NCBI GenBank assembly: GCA_036170915.1
Contig: JAVHQC010000016.1
Coordinates: forward strand, 1-64,000
Direction of reading: 5' to 3'
DNA length: 64,000 nucleotides
From: Cyanobacteria bacterium auto_48_18
GTDB taxonomy: Bacteria > Cyanobacteriota > Vampirovibrionia > Obscuribacterales > Obscuribacteraceae
The position numbers and the translations under genes were made by a program. This document shows positions 9,108 through 20,500 of the stretch, one piece after another. The notes under the pieces are model-generated. The model was not told the DNA's origin. It ran no database searches and worked only from the letters and a program-made list of their open reading frames with translations. Position 1 is the stretch's first letter. Each line of letters opens with the position of its first letter.

Positions 9108-10004
9108 ATGCTCCCGGCTTTTCTCATTAGAGCAGGTATCGATTGGGTCAGGCACAACAGCGAATTCGCTAGTTCCAATCCGTATGCCCGGTGCGAGCAG
9201 TCGATCAGAATCTGTGAAAAATTATGGGAAGAATCTATTGGCAAAAGCGAAGGCGCACTGCTTGAAGTAGCAGTTGTCACCGCCTACTGGGAAGAATTTT
9301 TCCACGCTGAAGATCCTTTGCAAGACGAAAAAGAATGGCGCGATGGTTTAACAAAGCGTTCGGGTCAGTACGAAGAATTCGATGGCTGGCAGGAATGGTT
9401 TAAAAAAAGCTATGCCAAAGTTTATTCTGATAATAATATTTGGACCAGTTTACTTATGACTGCCTGGGCCACCACTCACCAGTATCAGCTTCAATACACT
9501 GAAGATGCCTGGGATTTTAAACCAGCTCGTTCATATCTTCCCACCAGTTATATGTGGCGCTTAAAGCCGCACATGGACACAATTACAGAAGTTTTGCGTG
9601 AGTTCTGGAACGATGAAAGTCACAAATGGGTCGAGTCTGGTTTTTTCATTGAGGACGAAAGCGTTTATTATCTCGGTCGAGTAGAGTGCCTTGGTTTTGA
9701 CTTAAAGCAGCACATGATCACGTGGCCTGCCCGTGCTCATCACGGCAAAGAAGAATTAGATCTGGGCAATCTGGTGGCAGACTTAATTGCACCAGGTGGC
9801 GACTCCTGGTACCGGCGACTTGACCCTGTGATTTTTGCTCACGATCACGTAGACATAACTTCTTTGCTCAATCGCGCCTCGTACGTCTTCGGCTCACGCC
9901 GCAGAATATTCGAGCTGGCAGCTGACGAGGGTCTGGGTAAAGCCAGAGCGCAGGCTCAGGCTGAGGGGTGGTTGGTGGAAGATCTGGAACAGGTCGCCAC
10001 TTAA
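9108..10004 (+). CDS. Hypothetical Trp/Glu-rich protein
   Basis: 298 aa ORF co-directional with malQ, with a GAGGG RBS; no family recognised. Confidence 0.75.
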   Translation: MLPAFLIRAGIDWVRHNSEFASSNPYARCEQSIRICEKLWEESIGKSEGALLEVAVVTAYWEEFFHAEDPLQDEKEWRDGLTKRSGQYEEFDGWQEWFKKSYAKVYSDNNIWTSLLMTAWATTHQYQLQYTEDAWDFKPARSYLPTSYMWRLKPHMDTITEVLREFWNDESHKWVESGFFIEDESVYYLGRVECLGFDLKQHMITWPARAHHGKEELDLGNLVADLIAPGGDSWYRRLDPVIFAHDHVDITSLLNRASYVFGSRRRIFELAADEGLGKARAQAQAEGWLVEDLEQVAT

Positions 10005-10768
10005 TTTTTGCTGGCTTTAATTTTCGCCCATGGCCGTGGGTAATAATGTGGTGTGGTGTCGATTTTGCGAATCACCAGAATGACACTCTCTTCCACTCCC
10101 GGCATTTCGGCAAATGTTTTGGTCTGCTCCACTCGGCATTCTAATTCGCGCATCATCGCTTTGGCGTCTTTTAATTCTTGTTCCAGTCGACTTGTGGTTT
10201 TTTGCGCCAGATAAATGCCGTTGCGTTTAAGAAATGGCAGGCATAGTTCGATGGTTAATTCGAGAGTGCCAACCGCTCGAGCCGTAGCCAGGTCGTAGCT
10301 TGCCCGCTCATCTCGATCTCGAGCCAGTTCTTCGGCCCGGGCCACCAGCGCACGCGTGTTTAAACCCAGGTGCTCGCCTGCTTCAGTCAGGAAATGGACT
10401 TTTTTGCCTACCGAGTCCACCATGGTCACTTCGAGTTCAGGGCAAGCGATTGCTATGACCATGGCAGGTAGACCGCCGCCAGAACCAATGTCCATAAGCC
10501 TGCCTTTGGCCATTTTAGAGAGATAAATATTGGCCGCCACGGTCAGACCGTCAAGAATGTGCCGTCCCACGAGGGTTTCGGCGCTGGTATTAGAAACCAG
10601 ATTGACCTTCTCGTTGTAAGCGGCCAAAAACTGGCAAAATTTATCGAGCTGCTCCCACTGCTGGACCGATAAATCCAGACCCACCAGAGCGGGATGCCCT
10701 TCCAGCAGCGCCAATGCCTGCTTGAAATCTCCCGGAGAGCCGTTACCTGTTTGAATATCTGACGCCAT
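10001..10768 (-). CDS. rsmG: 16S rRNA m7G527 methyltransferase
   Basis: NxxxNL, HILD, DIGSGGGLP, KKxxFL, RAE and ARAV motifs. Confidence 0.95.
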   Translation of the reverse strand: MASDIQTGNGSPGDFKQALALLEGHPALVGLDLSVQQWEQLDKFCQFLAAYNEKVNLVSNTSAETLVGRHILDGLTVAANIYLSKMAKGRLMDIGSGGGLPAMVIAIACPELEVTMVDSVGKKVHFLTEAGEHLGLNTRALVARAEELARDRDERASYDLATARAVGTLELTIELCLPFLKRNGIYLAQKTTSRLEQELKDAKAMMRELECRVEQTKTFAEMPGVEESVILVIRKIDTTPHYYPRPWAKIKASKN

Positions 10769-10897
10769 TGAAGAATTAGGTTCCTATGAATAGAAATAAA
10801 CAGGTGAATAGTGAAATAGTACTGGGAAGATTATTATTACTAATAACTTTGGGTATCACGGTAGATTACACCTTATGCAAATCGCCAGCACTTAGTA

Positions 10898-13615
10898 ATG
10901 ACCTTCGGTAACGCTGATTCTAACTTGCCAGAGCCCGACGCTTCGCGCGAACGGCTCGAGCTGGAAACGAGAGTGTTGGCCGCTGCATTGCGTCAAAGTT
11001 TGGAGAGAGGCGACACTGAAGGCTCAAGCCAGGCCCACCAGCAAATTTTTGTCTTGCTCAAGGCTTCTCAAGATATGGGGTGGGAAGAGCCTATTACCTT
11101 GCCGCCTGACTTGCCTGCGTTTGCGCCGGAGAAGAAGCGCACTTTGCCCGATATCGATTGGGGTGTCCCTGACGAGAGTCCGATAATATCTGCTGATGTA
11201 GCTTCAGAGGTCGGCCCTGAAGCGTTTGAAATTACGTCAGAACATCCCGTGATGACAGATCTTGCTGAAGTCACTTCTGAGGGTAAGTTGGAAGTTAGCG
11301 TTGGAATTGAGCCGGTTCATAATTTCGACGAACTGCCCACTATCCATCCGCAGTTATTGGATTCGGTCACGGGTGATGGGCTGCCAGGGCTACCTGAAGC
11401 TGCCGAATTGATCGGACCTGAGCTTGACATAGCCGCTGTCCAGATCGAAGTAACGGTAGCAGTCAACTCTGCATTGGAAGACACTGAGGTTAGCGGTAAT
11501 CACTCTTTGAGCGGCTATATTCCGCTTGCACTTGTTCCTGGAGCTCTTGCTGCTGCTGTTGGTGCCGCAGTCAAAAGTCAGTCGATATCTGATTATTACA
11601 CCCATCTGGAAGTTAGCCAGACGGCTGATTTTAATACTATTCACAAACAATTCTTACGCAAAGTCAGGCCACTGTTGCGCCGTCAGTTCAACGAACAATT
11701 AACAGGTGTGCCCCGCAAAGAGTTGTTGGCAACACTACAAGCACTCTGGATCGCCCACGATATTTTGTGCGATGCAGTCACCCGCACAGATTATGACTTC
11801 CGACGCATGGGTCTCAGGGGCCATGAGGTGAGCGATCCGGCTAAACCTGGTCTGAGCATTCGGCCGCAGCTGCGCATCGGAGAGCTTTTGCAATGTGCTG
11901 GTTTGCTTGAAACCACTGAACTTGAGATTGCTGCCGACATGCATAAAGCTATGCCTGAACTGATGTTCGGTGCCTTTCTGGTGAAGCAGGGCTTTATTGC
12001 CGATGAAGACCTTGATTGCGTTTTACTCGGACAGCAGTTATTAAAAACTGGTGGCATAACCGTCGCGCAATTTCAAGATGCCATGACTGAGCGCGCCACC
12101 GCTGGTGGTGATGTAGGCGACATTCTTGTGGCACGCAATTATTTAAATCGCGAGCAGCTGCAAGAAGCGTATCGTAGTCAAATGGACGAAACGGTGCAAC
12201 GTATTCCGATAGTCAGCGCCACAGTTTCACTGCGCGATTCAGAGATAGACGTGGCCGAGACTCTCAATTCGCCGGATGAGGAAGAAAGCGCAGAGCCCGA
12301 AGAATATGAAGAGAGCGTTGATAATCATTTGCAAGCACAAACGGGCGAGCAACTGTCTGTCTATGTTCCAGCTGACATCGTTGAAGTTAGCCACAATGTC
12401 AGTGTTGATGTCAGTGTTGATGGCAGTGTCGAAGTTAATACTGAGCTTGGTGGTGAAACTGAGGCTCCGACTGCGCTAGAGCAGAATCAAGGTCATAATG
12501 AAGAGCCGGCATTTGAACCCCAATTAATTGCCCCAGATTTTGTGGCGGCAATTTTCTCGCAAGACCTTCCGCCGCGTGAAGTGCCTTCTGAATCCGACGT
12601 CCCTGTTTCACCTGCTTCTCCTGTTGCGCCTGTTCGCACCTTAAATATTGTCAACGCTGTGCCGTCATGGAAAGATCAGCTGGACTGGAGCAGCCCTGAT
12701 GTATCCAGCCCTGAAGCATCCAGCTCTGATTTATCTAGTCTGTCTGTTGAAGAGCCTCAGTCTAGTGAAACTTCGGGCACGGTTCAGAATCAGTCTGAGC
12801 AGAGCGTCTCAATGGATTCTCCTGCTCCCAATCCTGCTGACAGTCAGCGTAAGCCAAAACATTCACTGCTTGATCTAATGGTTGGTTTAGAAACGACTGA
12901 ACCTAAGCGTAATGAAGTTGAACAGAGCAGTTCATTAATGTCACACATTCTGCAAGGCAATGCCACCACTGGTGATGCATCTGTTCCTACCACGGCTCCT
13001 GCCACGGCTCCTGCCACGGCTCAGCCTGCAGTTGATGATTTCGCTCCGCCAGTAATTGAAGACGGTGACGAAACTGCAGCCTTTGCTGACGAATTTGCTG
13101 CCCTCGATGCCGCTGCCGCAGAGGCCCTAGACATTGAGGAACACTCCGCCATAGAGGCCGCTGGTTGGGGCGAAGCGGCTCCTGCAAATGCAATCGCCAG
13201 TCAGGCCTCTGATCAGGCCTCTGAACCGGCTTCTGATCCGGCTGCTAATCCTAATTTTGTGCAGCCGCCTGCTAGTTCTGCGCCACAGGCTGCTAATTCT
13301 GTGCCACCGTTTGCGATACCACAGCGCCCGCCGGTGAGCTCCCAAGTCAGTCCACAAGCTAATTCACAAATTAATAAAGATATTGCTCGAGATCAAGCTA
13401 TGAGCGCAGAGATGCAAAAGGACAGCGGTAGCTGGCAAATTGTTTCTATACCGGCTTCAGCACTGGCTTCACTCTTGCTTGACGACGAACCCGAAGATGA
13501 GACCTATCAGCCTGGCTCACACGAAGGTAAAGTCAACGACGACGCTGCCGCAAATCAAAATCCACCTTATGGCAGCTCTGAAAAGCGCAACAAAAGAAGA
13601 CGAACAAAATCATAG
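10898..13615 (+). CDS. Large acidic, mostly disordered protein with a central J-like domain and MshEN-like repeats
   Basis: DYYTHLEV...AHDILCDAVTRTDYD (J-like, no HPD); RIGELLQCAGLL, FGAFLVKQGFI and VGDILVARNYL repeats. Confidence 0.7.
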   Translation: MTFGNADSNLPEPDASRERLELETRVLAAALRQSLERGDTEGSSQAHQQIFVLLKASQDMGWEEPITLPPDLPAFAPEKKRTLPDIDWGVPDESPIISADVASEVGPEAFEITSEHPVMTDLAEVTSEGKLEVSVGIEPVHNFDELPTIHPQLLDSVTGDGLPGLPEAAELIGPELDIAAVQIEVTVAVNSALEDTEVSGNHSLSGYIPLALVPGALAAAVGAAVKSQSISDYYTHLEVSQTADFNTIHKQFLRKVRPLLRRQFNEQLTGVPRKELLATLQALWIAHDILCDAVTRTDYDFRRMGLRGHEVSDPAKPGLSIRPQLRIGELLQCAGLLETTELEIAADMHKAMPELMFGAFLVKQGFIADEDLDCVLLGQQLLKTGGITVAQFQDAMTERATAGGDVGDILVARNYLNREQLQEAYRSQMDETVQRIPIVSATVSLRDSEIDVAETLNSPDEEESAEPEEYEESVDNHLQAQTGEQLSVYVPADIVEVSHNVSVDVSVDGSVEVNTELGGETEAPTALEQNQGHNEEPAFEPQLIAPDFVAAIFSQDLPPREVPSESDVPVSPASPVAPVRTLNIVNAVPSWKDQLDWSSPDVSSPEASSSDLSSLSVEEPQSSETSGTVQNQSEQSVSMDSPAPNPADSQRKPKHSLLDLMVGLETTEPKRNEVEQSSSLMSHILQGNATTGDASVPTTAPATAPATAQPAVDDFAPPVIEDGDETAAFADEFAALDAAAAEALDIEEHSAIEAAGWGEAAPANAIASQASDQASEPASDPAANPNFVQPPASSAPQAANSVPPFAIPQRPPVSSQVSPQANSQINKDIARDQAMSAEMQKDSGSWQIVSIPASALASLLLDDEPEDETYQPGSHEGKVNDDAAANQNPPYGSSEKRNKRRRTKS

Positions 13616-13623
13616 TTAAATGA

Positions 13624-14556
13624 CTAATTTGCGGATGCCTTTAACCTCGACTGGCCGTTCAACTCGAGCAGGCGTAACACCACTGATAATTGTTCGCCGA
13701 TCAGGCGCACTACTTTCTGGTCGCCCGGTTTGAAAATTTGCTGAGGGTAAGGAATAACCACAAGCAAACCAAGCCTCTGTCCGGTTATGTCAATCGGTTG
13801 AGTTAACGCATTGTCAGGCAAGTAGTGACCCTTCGCCAGCTCGTCTTTTAGTGGTGGCAGACCCAATTGCAATGCCAGCCGCGCCACATAACCACGTAAG
13901 GCTGCTTCATCCACATTTTTACCGACGTCAACGCGTAATACTGAACCGGTGCCCTGATTAAGCACAAGGCCGAGAGCCTGGTAGTCGAGAATTGATGCCA
14001 GCAGATTGAAAAGTTTTTGCGTGACTGCATCAAGGTCGAGCACGTCTTCAGCAATGCGCCTTACTTCGTCGACAATCGTGGCTTCAAAAAGCAAACGCTC
14101 GAGCAATTGGTTGAGCCTGTTATTAACATCTTCGGCAGAAAAAGTTTTTGAGGGTTCGCCAATAATTCTCAGCCGTGGCTTAAGAGTTGCTTCTTCAAGT
14201 AATTCTTGAGTAGCCTTGATCAAACTGCTGAAACCAGGTTCTTTAGGAATGTAGCGGTCAGCTCCTGACTTGAAGCCCCAGAATCTGTCAATTGATCCGT
14301 CTAATTTAGTGAGCAAGATAACCGGTGTAGCAGCCAGGTCAGCGTCGCTTTTGACCAGACGGCAGAGTTGATATCCATTTATTCCCGTCATCACAACATC
14401 AGAAATAATCAAATCTGGCAGCTCGTTATAAGCGCGAGCAAGACCTTCTGCGCCGTTGCGCGCTTCGATTACCGAATAGCCTTCGGCGGCAAGGGTTTTT
14501 GAAATGGTGAGTAACTGAGTCGGGCTGTCTTCAATCAAAAGTAGTCTGAACGACAT
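13624..14556 (-). CDS. Response regulator receiver with a C-terminal GAF-like segment
   Basis: LLIEDS, PDLIISDVVM, ILLT, GADRYIPK; C-terminal LGLLVV...FKPGDQKVVRLIGEQLS. Confidence 0.85.
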   Translation of the reverse strand: MSFRLLLIEDSPTQLLTISKTLAAEGYSVIEARNGAEGLARAYNELPDLIISDVVMTGINGYQLCRLVKSDADLAATPVILLTKLDGSIDRFWGFKSGADRYIPKEPGFSSLIKATQELLEEATLKPRLRIIGEPSKTFSAEDVNNRLNQLLERLLFEATIVDEVRRIAEDVLDLDAVTQKLFNLLASILDYQALGLVLNQGTGSVLRVDVGKNVDEAALRGYVARLALQLGLPPLKDELAKGHYLPDNALTQPIDITGQRLGLLVVIPYPQQIFKPGDQKVVRLIGEQLSVVLRLLELNGQSRLKASAN

Positions 14557-14598
14557 ACATCACCTTCTTTAGAGGGCGACCTTTGTAGCGCTGGAAAG

Positions 14599-17427
14599 CT
14601 ATTCTCCAACAACCTGCAAAAGCCTTGTGAGGTTTGACTTCAGGGTGCCTGATGGGAGACCTGTGCGAACATTAAACGCGGGTGGCCGATTTTCTTGCGG
14701 CAGCGTCACTTGTCTAAGTATCTCACTTTCAGGACAGATTTGTCCCGCTTTGTTTAAGTTCCATCTCGCCATTTCAGCATTACCCATGGCTTGATAAATG
14801 GTGAAAGCAATAAGATATGGGCGGCAACTGCTAGTGTTAAGTTGGTGAGCCACTTGCGTCTCGCTTAATGCCTCTTCAAACTTTCCGCTCATTGTTAGTG
14901 CCATGGCTAGCAGCTCATGTGTGATAACTGATGAAGGATTGAGTGCTTTTGATTTTTGCAACAAGGCCAGAGCCTCAGTAGTACCGCCTTGAGCCAGTAT
15001 CTGTTTCGCTTTGACATTCATCAACTTGTACGCAGAAGAGTCAACTAGCAATTCCTTTTCCACTTGCTCTATAGATAAATTTGCCGCTTCATAGTCACTG
15101 TACTTTGCAAGTATTGCTAGATTAGCCGCAAGGCACTTCTCCTGGCCGCCATTTTTGTTGTTTAGATGTCGGCCGGCTCCGTATTCGAGCTTGAGATTGT
15201 CGTCGGTGTTAAGTGCCGCAGGGGCTTGCAAATTGATAAATTTAGCCAGGGCATCAGAAGACAATAGATGCGCCTCAGAGAAGCTTTGCCAGCTACCAAT
15301 GCCGGCGGCTGCAAGCTTGTCTCTGTAAGGTGCGCTGAGAAAGATTTTTTTGTAGCGTTCGTTTAAATGCTTATCTGCTTCCATGGCACCCACAAGTATT
15401 ATTTCGCCGGCACCATGCTGGTGAAAGATCATAGTATTGGGATAAACATCAGCAAAGGTTTTGATAGCGCAAATAAATTCACCCTCGCTCAGGCCATAGA
15501 GCTGCAGCCACTGTGTCATTAAACCTGAAGATGCTAACCGGCTGCGAGTGAGCCGAAAAAATTCTCTGGTAAATAAGCCGCTACTGCCTGCGACCCAGGG
15601 CTCAGCTGGTTGTGAGATAATCAAATCGTACGGCTTTTCTTTTTCTCTGCGCAAAAATGCTCGGGCATCGGCCTCAATGATGTTGATCTTTGCATGGCCT
15701 GGAAGAGAATAAGGAAATAGTCTAGAAGCTTGCACCATCTGTGGTTCAATTTCAACAACGTCAACATTAGCAATTTTTGGCAGGGTAGCGGCAATACCAC
15801 TGGTAGTACCGCTGCCCTGACCGATTATCAGGCAGTTGAGGGAGCTTTCTCTATGTCTTAGCGCTGGCAGTAAGCAGAGTAAGCTCTGGGTGGCAAGATC
15901 TGATTCGCCTGCAGGTTTGCCTTTTACGGCAGGAATAGAAGCTTCTACTTTGCCGTCACTTTTTAAGATCAAAACATTTTTAAATTTGTTTTCTTCCACT
16001 GATATGGTGCTGTTACGCCCATCTTTATAAAATCGCAGTGGTAGAAATTTTTGTTCTAAGTTCGTCTGCTCAATTGCGTCTTCTGTGGCAGGAAAATATG
16101 CCAGCCCGCTGACCAGCTTTTGGCAGTTGAGGGGAGCCGAAGTTATCGAAAACACTATAGTAACGAGTGATACGGTAAGCAGTAATGCCGTCGAGAGTCG
16201 CAGTGATTGTCGATAGAGAATTGCTTGCGCAATTGCCACTAGCGCCATGGTGCCAAGCAATATGCCTGATATTCTCAACGTGCCTTCTAGAGAGCTTTGA
16301 TAAAAAGTCAGGTCGAGCATGACGAAAGTAAAAAGGGCGGGGCCGGCGGCAGCGCCAATGCTAGAGGCCGTAAAGGCTTTGCGCCAGTCACTTCTAGACA
16401 GTCGGTTAGTGTACAGAGGAAAGAGCGTACCGATAAAGAAACTGGCCGGGAAAGCAAGCAGTGTCGCCACCAGAAAGCGAGGCAAAATATACTGCCATTC
16501 GTCATCAGCAAATGCAATTGCTGCACGCACGTTCTGAAATAATTGTGGCAAAACCAGTAAACATTTAAAACTGAAGAAGCAAGTGAGAGCAGATAGTGTC
16601 AGAGCGGAGCTGCGTAAGAGTGGAATGTGCCTGGGCTTTTTCATCAATTGCAATGCCAGGGCATTGCCGAGAGCAAGTGCACCAACGACTGATGCGATCA
16701 CCGCTGCAATAATTTGGGTCGATGATCCTGAAATTAAGGCAGACAGTCTAATCCAGGCAGACTCTAAAACCGTTAGCGTCAAACCACAGACGAGTAGCAA
16801 TACCATATGGGTAAGATTGAAACTTTCGTGATGTTCCAGTTCTTCACTTTCATCTATGGCATTTATAGACCTGAGGCCATAAGCCATTAGTGCAGCTGGT
16901 GTTGAGGCTAAAGCTAAAACCATCAGAGAGGCACTGATACCGAGGCCAGGCAATAAGACAAAACCGGCTAAAAGGGCGCCACACCACGAACCCAAATTGT
17001 TGATGCAGTAGATGGCGTTGGCTGAAATCTTGTCATCATTTGAGGTTGACGCTAGCGAGCTGACGAAAATAGCCGAACAAAAAGACGGCAGAAAAAGAGC
17101 GCAGGCTACGGTAAGCCAATCGTTCAAGAAGGCATTTCCGCAAGCGAGGGCAAGGGTAAGAGTGACCAATAGCAGCGGTGAATATTGAATAACCTTGCGA
17201 CGGCCTGACAAAGCACATTTTTGCGCAGTTAGTGCGCCAAGTGCCATGCCCATTAGGTATACAGTGATTGTGATGGTGGCGGCGTAGGCGTTTGAACCTA
17301 CTCCGCGTAAGGCCAGGCGACACAAAATCACTTCTAATGCCAGAGCCAGTACGCCGCAGCTAAAGGCGATTAAAAATATGCCCTTGGTTGAGCACTTTTT
17401 ACCGGCTACATTAGCTGCTTTCGACAT
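14599..17427 (-). CDS. Membrane-fused spermidine synthase-like (SAM-binding) protein with C-terminal TPRs
   Basis: Many TM helices; IIGQGSGTT, VVEIEP, DARAFL, YDLIISQP, LFTREFF and NTDDNLKLEY motifs. Confidence 0.85.
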   Translation of the reverse strand: MSKAANVAGKKCSTKGIFLIAFSCGVLALALEVILCRLALRGVGSNAYAATITITVYLMGMALGALTAQKCALSGRRKVIQYSPLLLVTLTLALACGNAFLNDWLTVACALFLPSFCSAIFVSSLASTSNDDKISANAIYCINNLGSWCGALLAGFVLLPGLGISASLMVLALASTPAALMAYGLRSINAIDESEELEHHESFNLTHMVLLLVCGLTLTVLESAWIRLSALISGSSTQIIAAVIASVVGALALGNALALQLMKKPRHIPLLRSSALTLSALTCFFSFKCLLVLPQLFQNVRAAIAFADDEWQYILPRFLVATLLAFPASFFIGTLFPLYTNRLSRSDWRKAFTASSIGAAAGPALFTFVMLDLTFYQSSLEGTLRISGILLGTMALVAIAQAILYRQSLRLSTALLLTVSLVTIVFSITSAPLNCQKLVSGLAYFPATEDAIEQTNLEQKFLPLRFYKDGRNSTISVEENKFKNVLILKSDGKVEASIPAVKGKPAGESDLATQSLLCLLPALRHRESSLNCLIIGQGSGTTSGIAATLPKIANVDVVEIEPQMVQASRLFPYSLPGHAKINIIEADARAFLRREKEKPYDLIISQPAEPWVAGSSGLFTREFFRLTRSRLASSGLMTQWLQLYGLSEGEFICAIKTFADVYPNTMIFHQHGAGEIILVGAMEADKHLNERYKKIFLSAPYRDKLAAAGIGSWQSFSEAHLLSSDALAKFINLQAPAALNTDDNLKLEYGAGRHLNNKNGGQEKCLAANLAILAKYSDYEAANLSIEQVEKELLVDSSAYKLMNVKAKQILAQGGTTEALALLQKSKALNPSSVITHELLAMALTMSGKFEEALSETQVAHQLNTSSCRPYLIAFTIYQAMGNAEMARWNLNKAGQICPESEILRQVTLPQENRPPAFNVRTGLPSGTLKSNLTRLLQVVGE

Positions 17428-17543
17428 GTCAGACGGCAGATTTTTGATTATAAGTCTCCAGCCTGTGACACTCTAGTATAGAACTTTGCAGTGCTCTTGC
17501 CGAGCTGTTAAGCTTAGGGCTGCTGTTTGATTCTAAGTGCGCA

Positions 17544-20500
17544 ATGATCCTCAATCACGTTCACCTGCATAATTTTATGAGTTATGCCGACGCCAGGCTT
17601 GACCTGAACGGCGTCGCCGTGGCGTGTTTGACCGGTCTAAATGGTGCCGGCAAATCGGCCATACTTGACGCTGTCACCTGGGCTATCTGGGAAGAAGCGC
17701 GGGGAAGCTCCGACGAGCTTGTTCGTCTGGGTGAAAAAGAAATGTGGGTGGAAATTGTATTCGCTCACGAAAGCAGCCTTTATCGCGTACGTCGTTCGCG
17801 CCAGAAGCAAGTGGGCCGCGCCGGAGGCAAAGGCACCTCGAAGGGCACGCTCGAATTTCAAATCGCCGAAGGCGATCTGGCCGGCGATTTTAAAGCCCTT
17901 AAGTGGAACAGTTTGACGGCGGCTGGAATGAAAGAAACCGGCAAACATATAAGCGAACTTTTGCGTATGGACTATGACACATTCATTAATAGCGCATACC
18001 TTAAGCAAGGCAGGGCTGAAGAATTTACCACCCGTTTACCGTCAGAGCGTAAACAAGTTCTGGGCGAGATATTGGGGCTCTCTTACTTTGACCGTTTGCA
18101 AGATGAAGCTCGCGAAAGGTTGCGTGGTGTCAAAGCGCAAATCGAATATCTTGAGGGTACCCTTTCTGGCGCTCGGCAAGTGGAAAGTGAATTTGCTCAA
18201 GTGCATACCGAGCTTTGTGCTGCACAAATTGAATATGATGATCTGGTTCTTGTGGCGCGCGATATTGAAGATCAGGTTATTGAGTTGAGCGAGCGCATGC
18301 AAAAGCTCAAGCTAATTGAGCTGACCATCGTAAATAACGCCAGGCGGCTTGAAGAGTGCCACGACAGTCGGAAGAAGATTGATGACCAAAAGCACTCAAT
18401 TGCACAGAAGAAAAAATCACTGACTGATTTGATTGCGGGCAGTTCTGAAATAGAACTGCAATTGAATGAGTTTAACCAGGTCAGAGCTGAGGTAGAAAAG
18501 CTTGACAGCATATTTTTGGAAGTGCAAGATTTAAATGATAGCAAAGTCGATTTGACTGGGCAGCTGGCCACTCTTAGAAGCCGTCTGGAAGTGAAGCTAG
18601 AGGGCCTAGAAGTCGAGTACAGAGACTTACAAAAAAATCGTGAGCGTCTTTTGCGTGACACCGAAGACGGTGACAAAGTTAAAGCGCAATATTCTGAATT
18701 TCGTCTGCTGCTGGAAACTGAAACTGGTTTAGCGCAAAAACAAGAGGCCTTCTCCCAACTTTCATCTCGTGTTGGTGAGCTAAATTCGCTGATGCAAGAA
18801 GCGAAGATTCGCCTTGAAGCCGAGCTTATGCAAAAAGAGAATGCTTTGCGTGAGCTATCAGAGCTTACTGGTTCACAGGCCGCACTGAGAGCTGAGGGCG
18901 AAGAGCTTGACGCTGTTAAAGAAAACCTGGAGCGCTTAGAAGCCGAGTTTGAGTTAGTGGAAAAAAAAGGCATCGCCATTAAGTCTGAGCTGGAAACTTT
19001 TGACCTTAAGACCGAAGAAATTAAAAAGCGTCAGAGAGAAAATTTGGCCAAAATTCAAGAATTGAAAGAGCATGAGCATTCTTCCATTTGTCCCCTTTGT
19101 TCCGCGCCAATAGTCGATAGAGCGGCCGTAATTGAGCGGTACTTGCAGCAGAATCAAGAAATGGAAAGCGACATCGGCCAGCTGGCCGTGCAAAAAGAAA
19201 GGCTCAATGATGAGAGGGCCGAACTGCGTGTGCGCTATTCTGAGATGCGCAAACAGTTGGAAGGGCGCAAAGATTTAGACAAACGCATTGGTCAGTTTAA
19301 TGAGCGACAGAACGCCTTGCTCAGAGCAAATGACAGCGTTGAAAAACTATTGCTCGAACGCGCTAAGTTAGAATCTCGTTTGACTGAAAGTAATTTTGCT
19401 CAAGTTGAGCGAGAGAGTCTGGTGGCAGTTAAAGCCGAGTTGCACAAACTAGATTTTGACCCGGCAGTTTACGCCAGTTTGCAATCGCAAATTCGCCTTA
19501 AGCGCCATATAGAATCTAAACATCATCAGCTATCAAAAGACTGTGATGAGTTGGCTCGTTTGAATGCAAAAATGCCTCAACTTAAGGCTGCTATTGATGA
19601 AATTGTGCACGAACTCAAAGGTGAACTTTATGGGCCTGAGGTGAGGGCTAGTTTACAGGCCGTGCTGGCTAAACTCAGCACTTTTTCTTATGACCGCAAT
19701 GAGCATGCGAGGCTTAAGCAGCGGCTCTCTGAGCTATTTGTCGCATCTGAAAAATCGCGCGATTTGAGTCGTGCCGTGGCCGAATTGCCGGCTCTTGATC
19801 AAACTTTGAGCGACTTAGACTTAGAATATCAAAAACGCTCTGGCGAAATTGAAAGCATCAATGCTGAGCAAATTGATTTAAACCGACAAATAGACGAGAT
19901 AGATTTAGTTGAAAAAACATTGACTGGTTTGAAGCCATCTCTTGATGAAGTAAGGGGCTTCAAAGAGGAATCGGGGCGTAAAGTAGCGGTATTATCTGCG
20001 CGCAAAGACAAGCTAGGCGCCGAGCTCGCCGTCCTGGCACAACGCTTGAATGAGGTGGCCTTGCTGCGCAACGAGGTGGATGATTACGCTTATCTGGTTG
20101 AAGTGTTTGGTAAAAAAGGTATTCAGGCCGTTATTATCGAGAACGCTATTCCTGAAATTGAAAATGAAGCCAACCGCATTTTGACCAGATTATCTGACAA
20201 CAAAATGCACGTGGCTCTGATAACACAGACTAAGACTAAATCAGGAACCATGGCCGAGACTTTAGATCTGGTTATTGGTGATGAAGTGGGCACCCGCAGC
20301 TATGAGCTTTATTCAGGGGGTGAGGCTTTCAAAGTCAATTTCGCTTTGCGCATTGCCCTTTCGCGCCTACTGGCTCGCCGTGCCGGTGCCAAGCTCGAGA
20401 CACTTATTATTGACGAAGGTTTCGGATCGCAAGATGATGCCAGTCGTGAGCGGCTGGTGAAGGCTATACGCATGGTGCAAGCTGAGTTTTCGCGGGTGCT

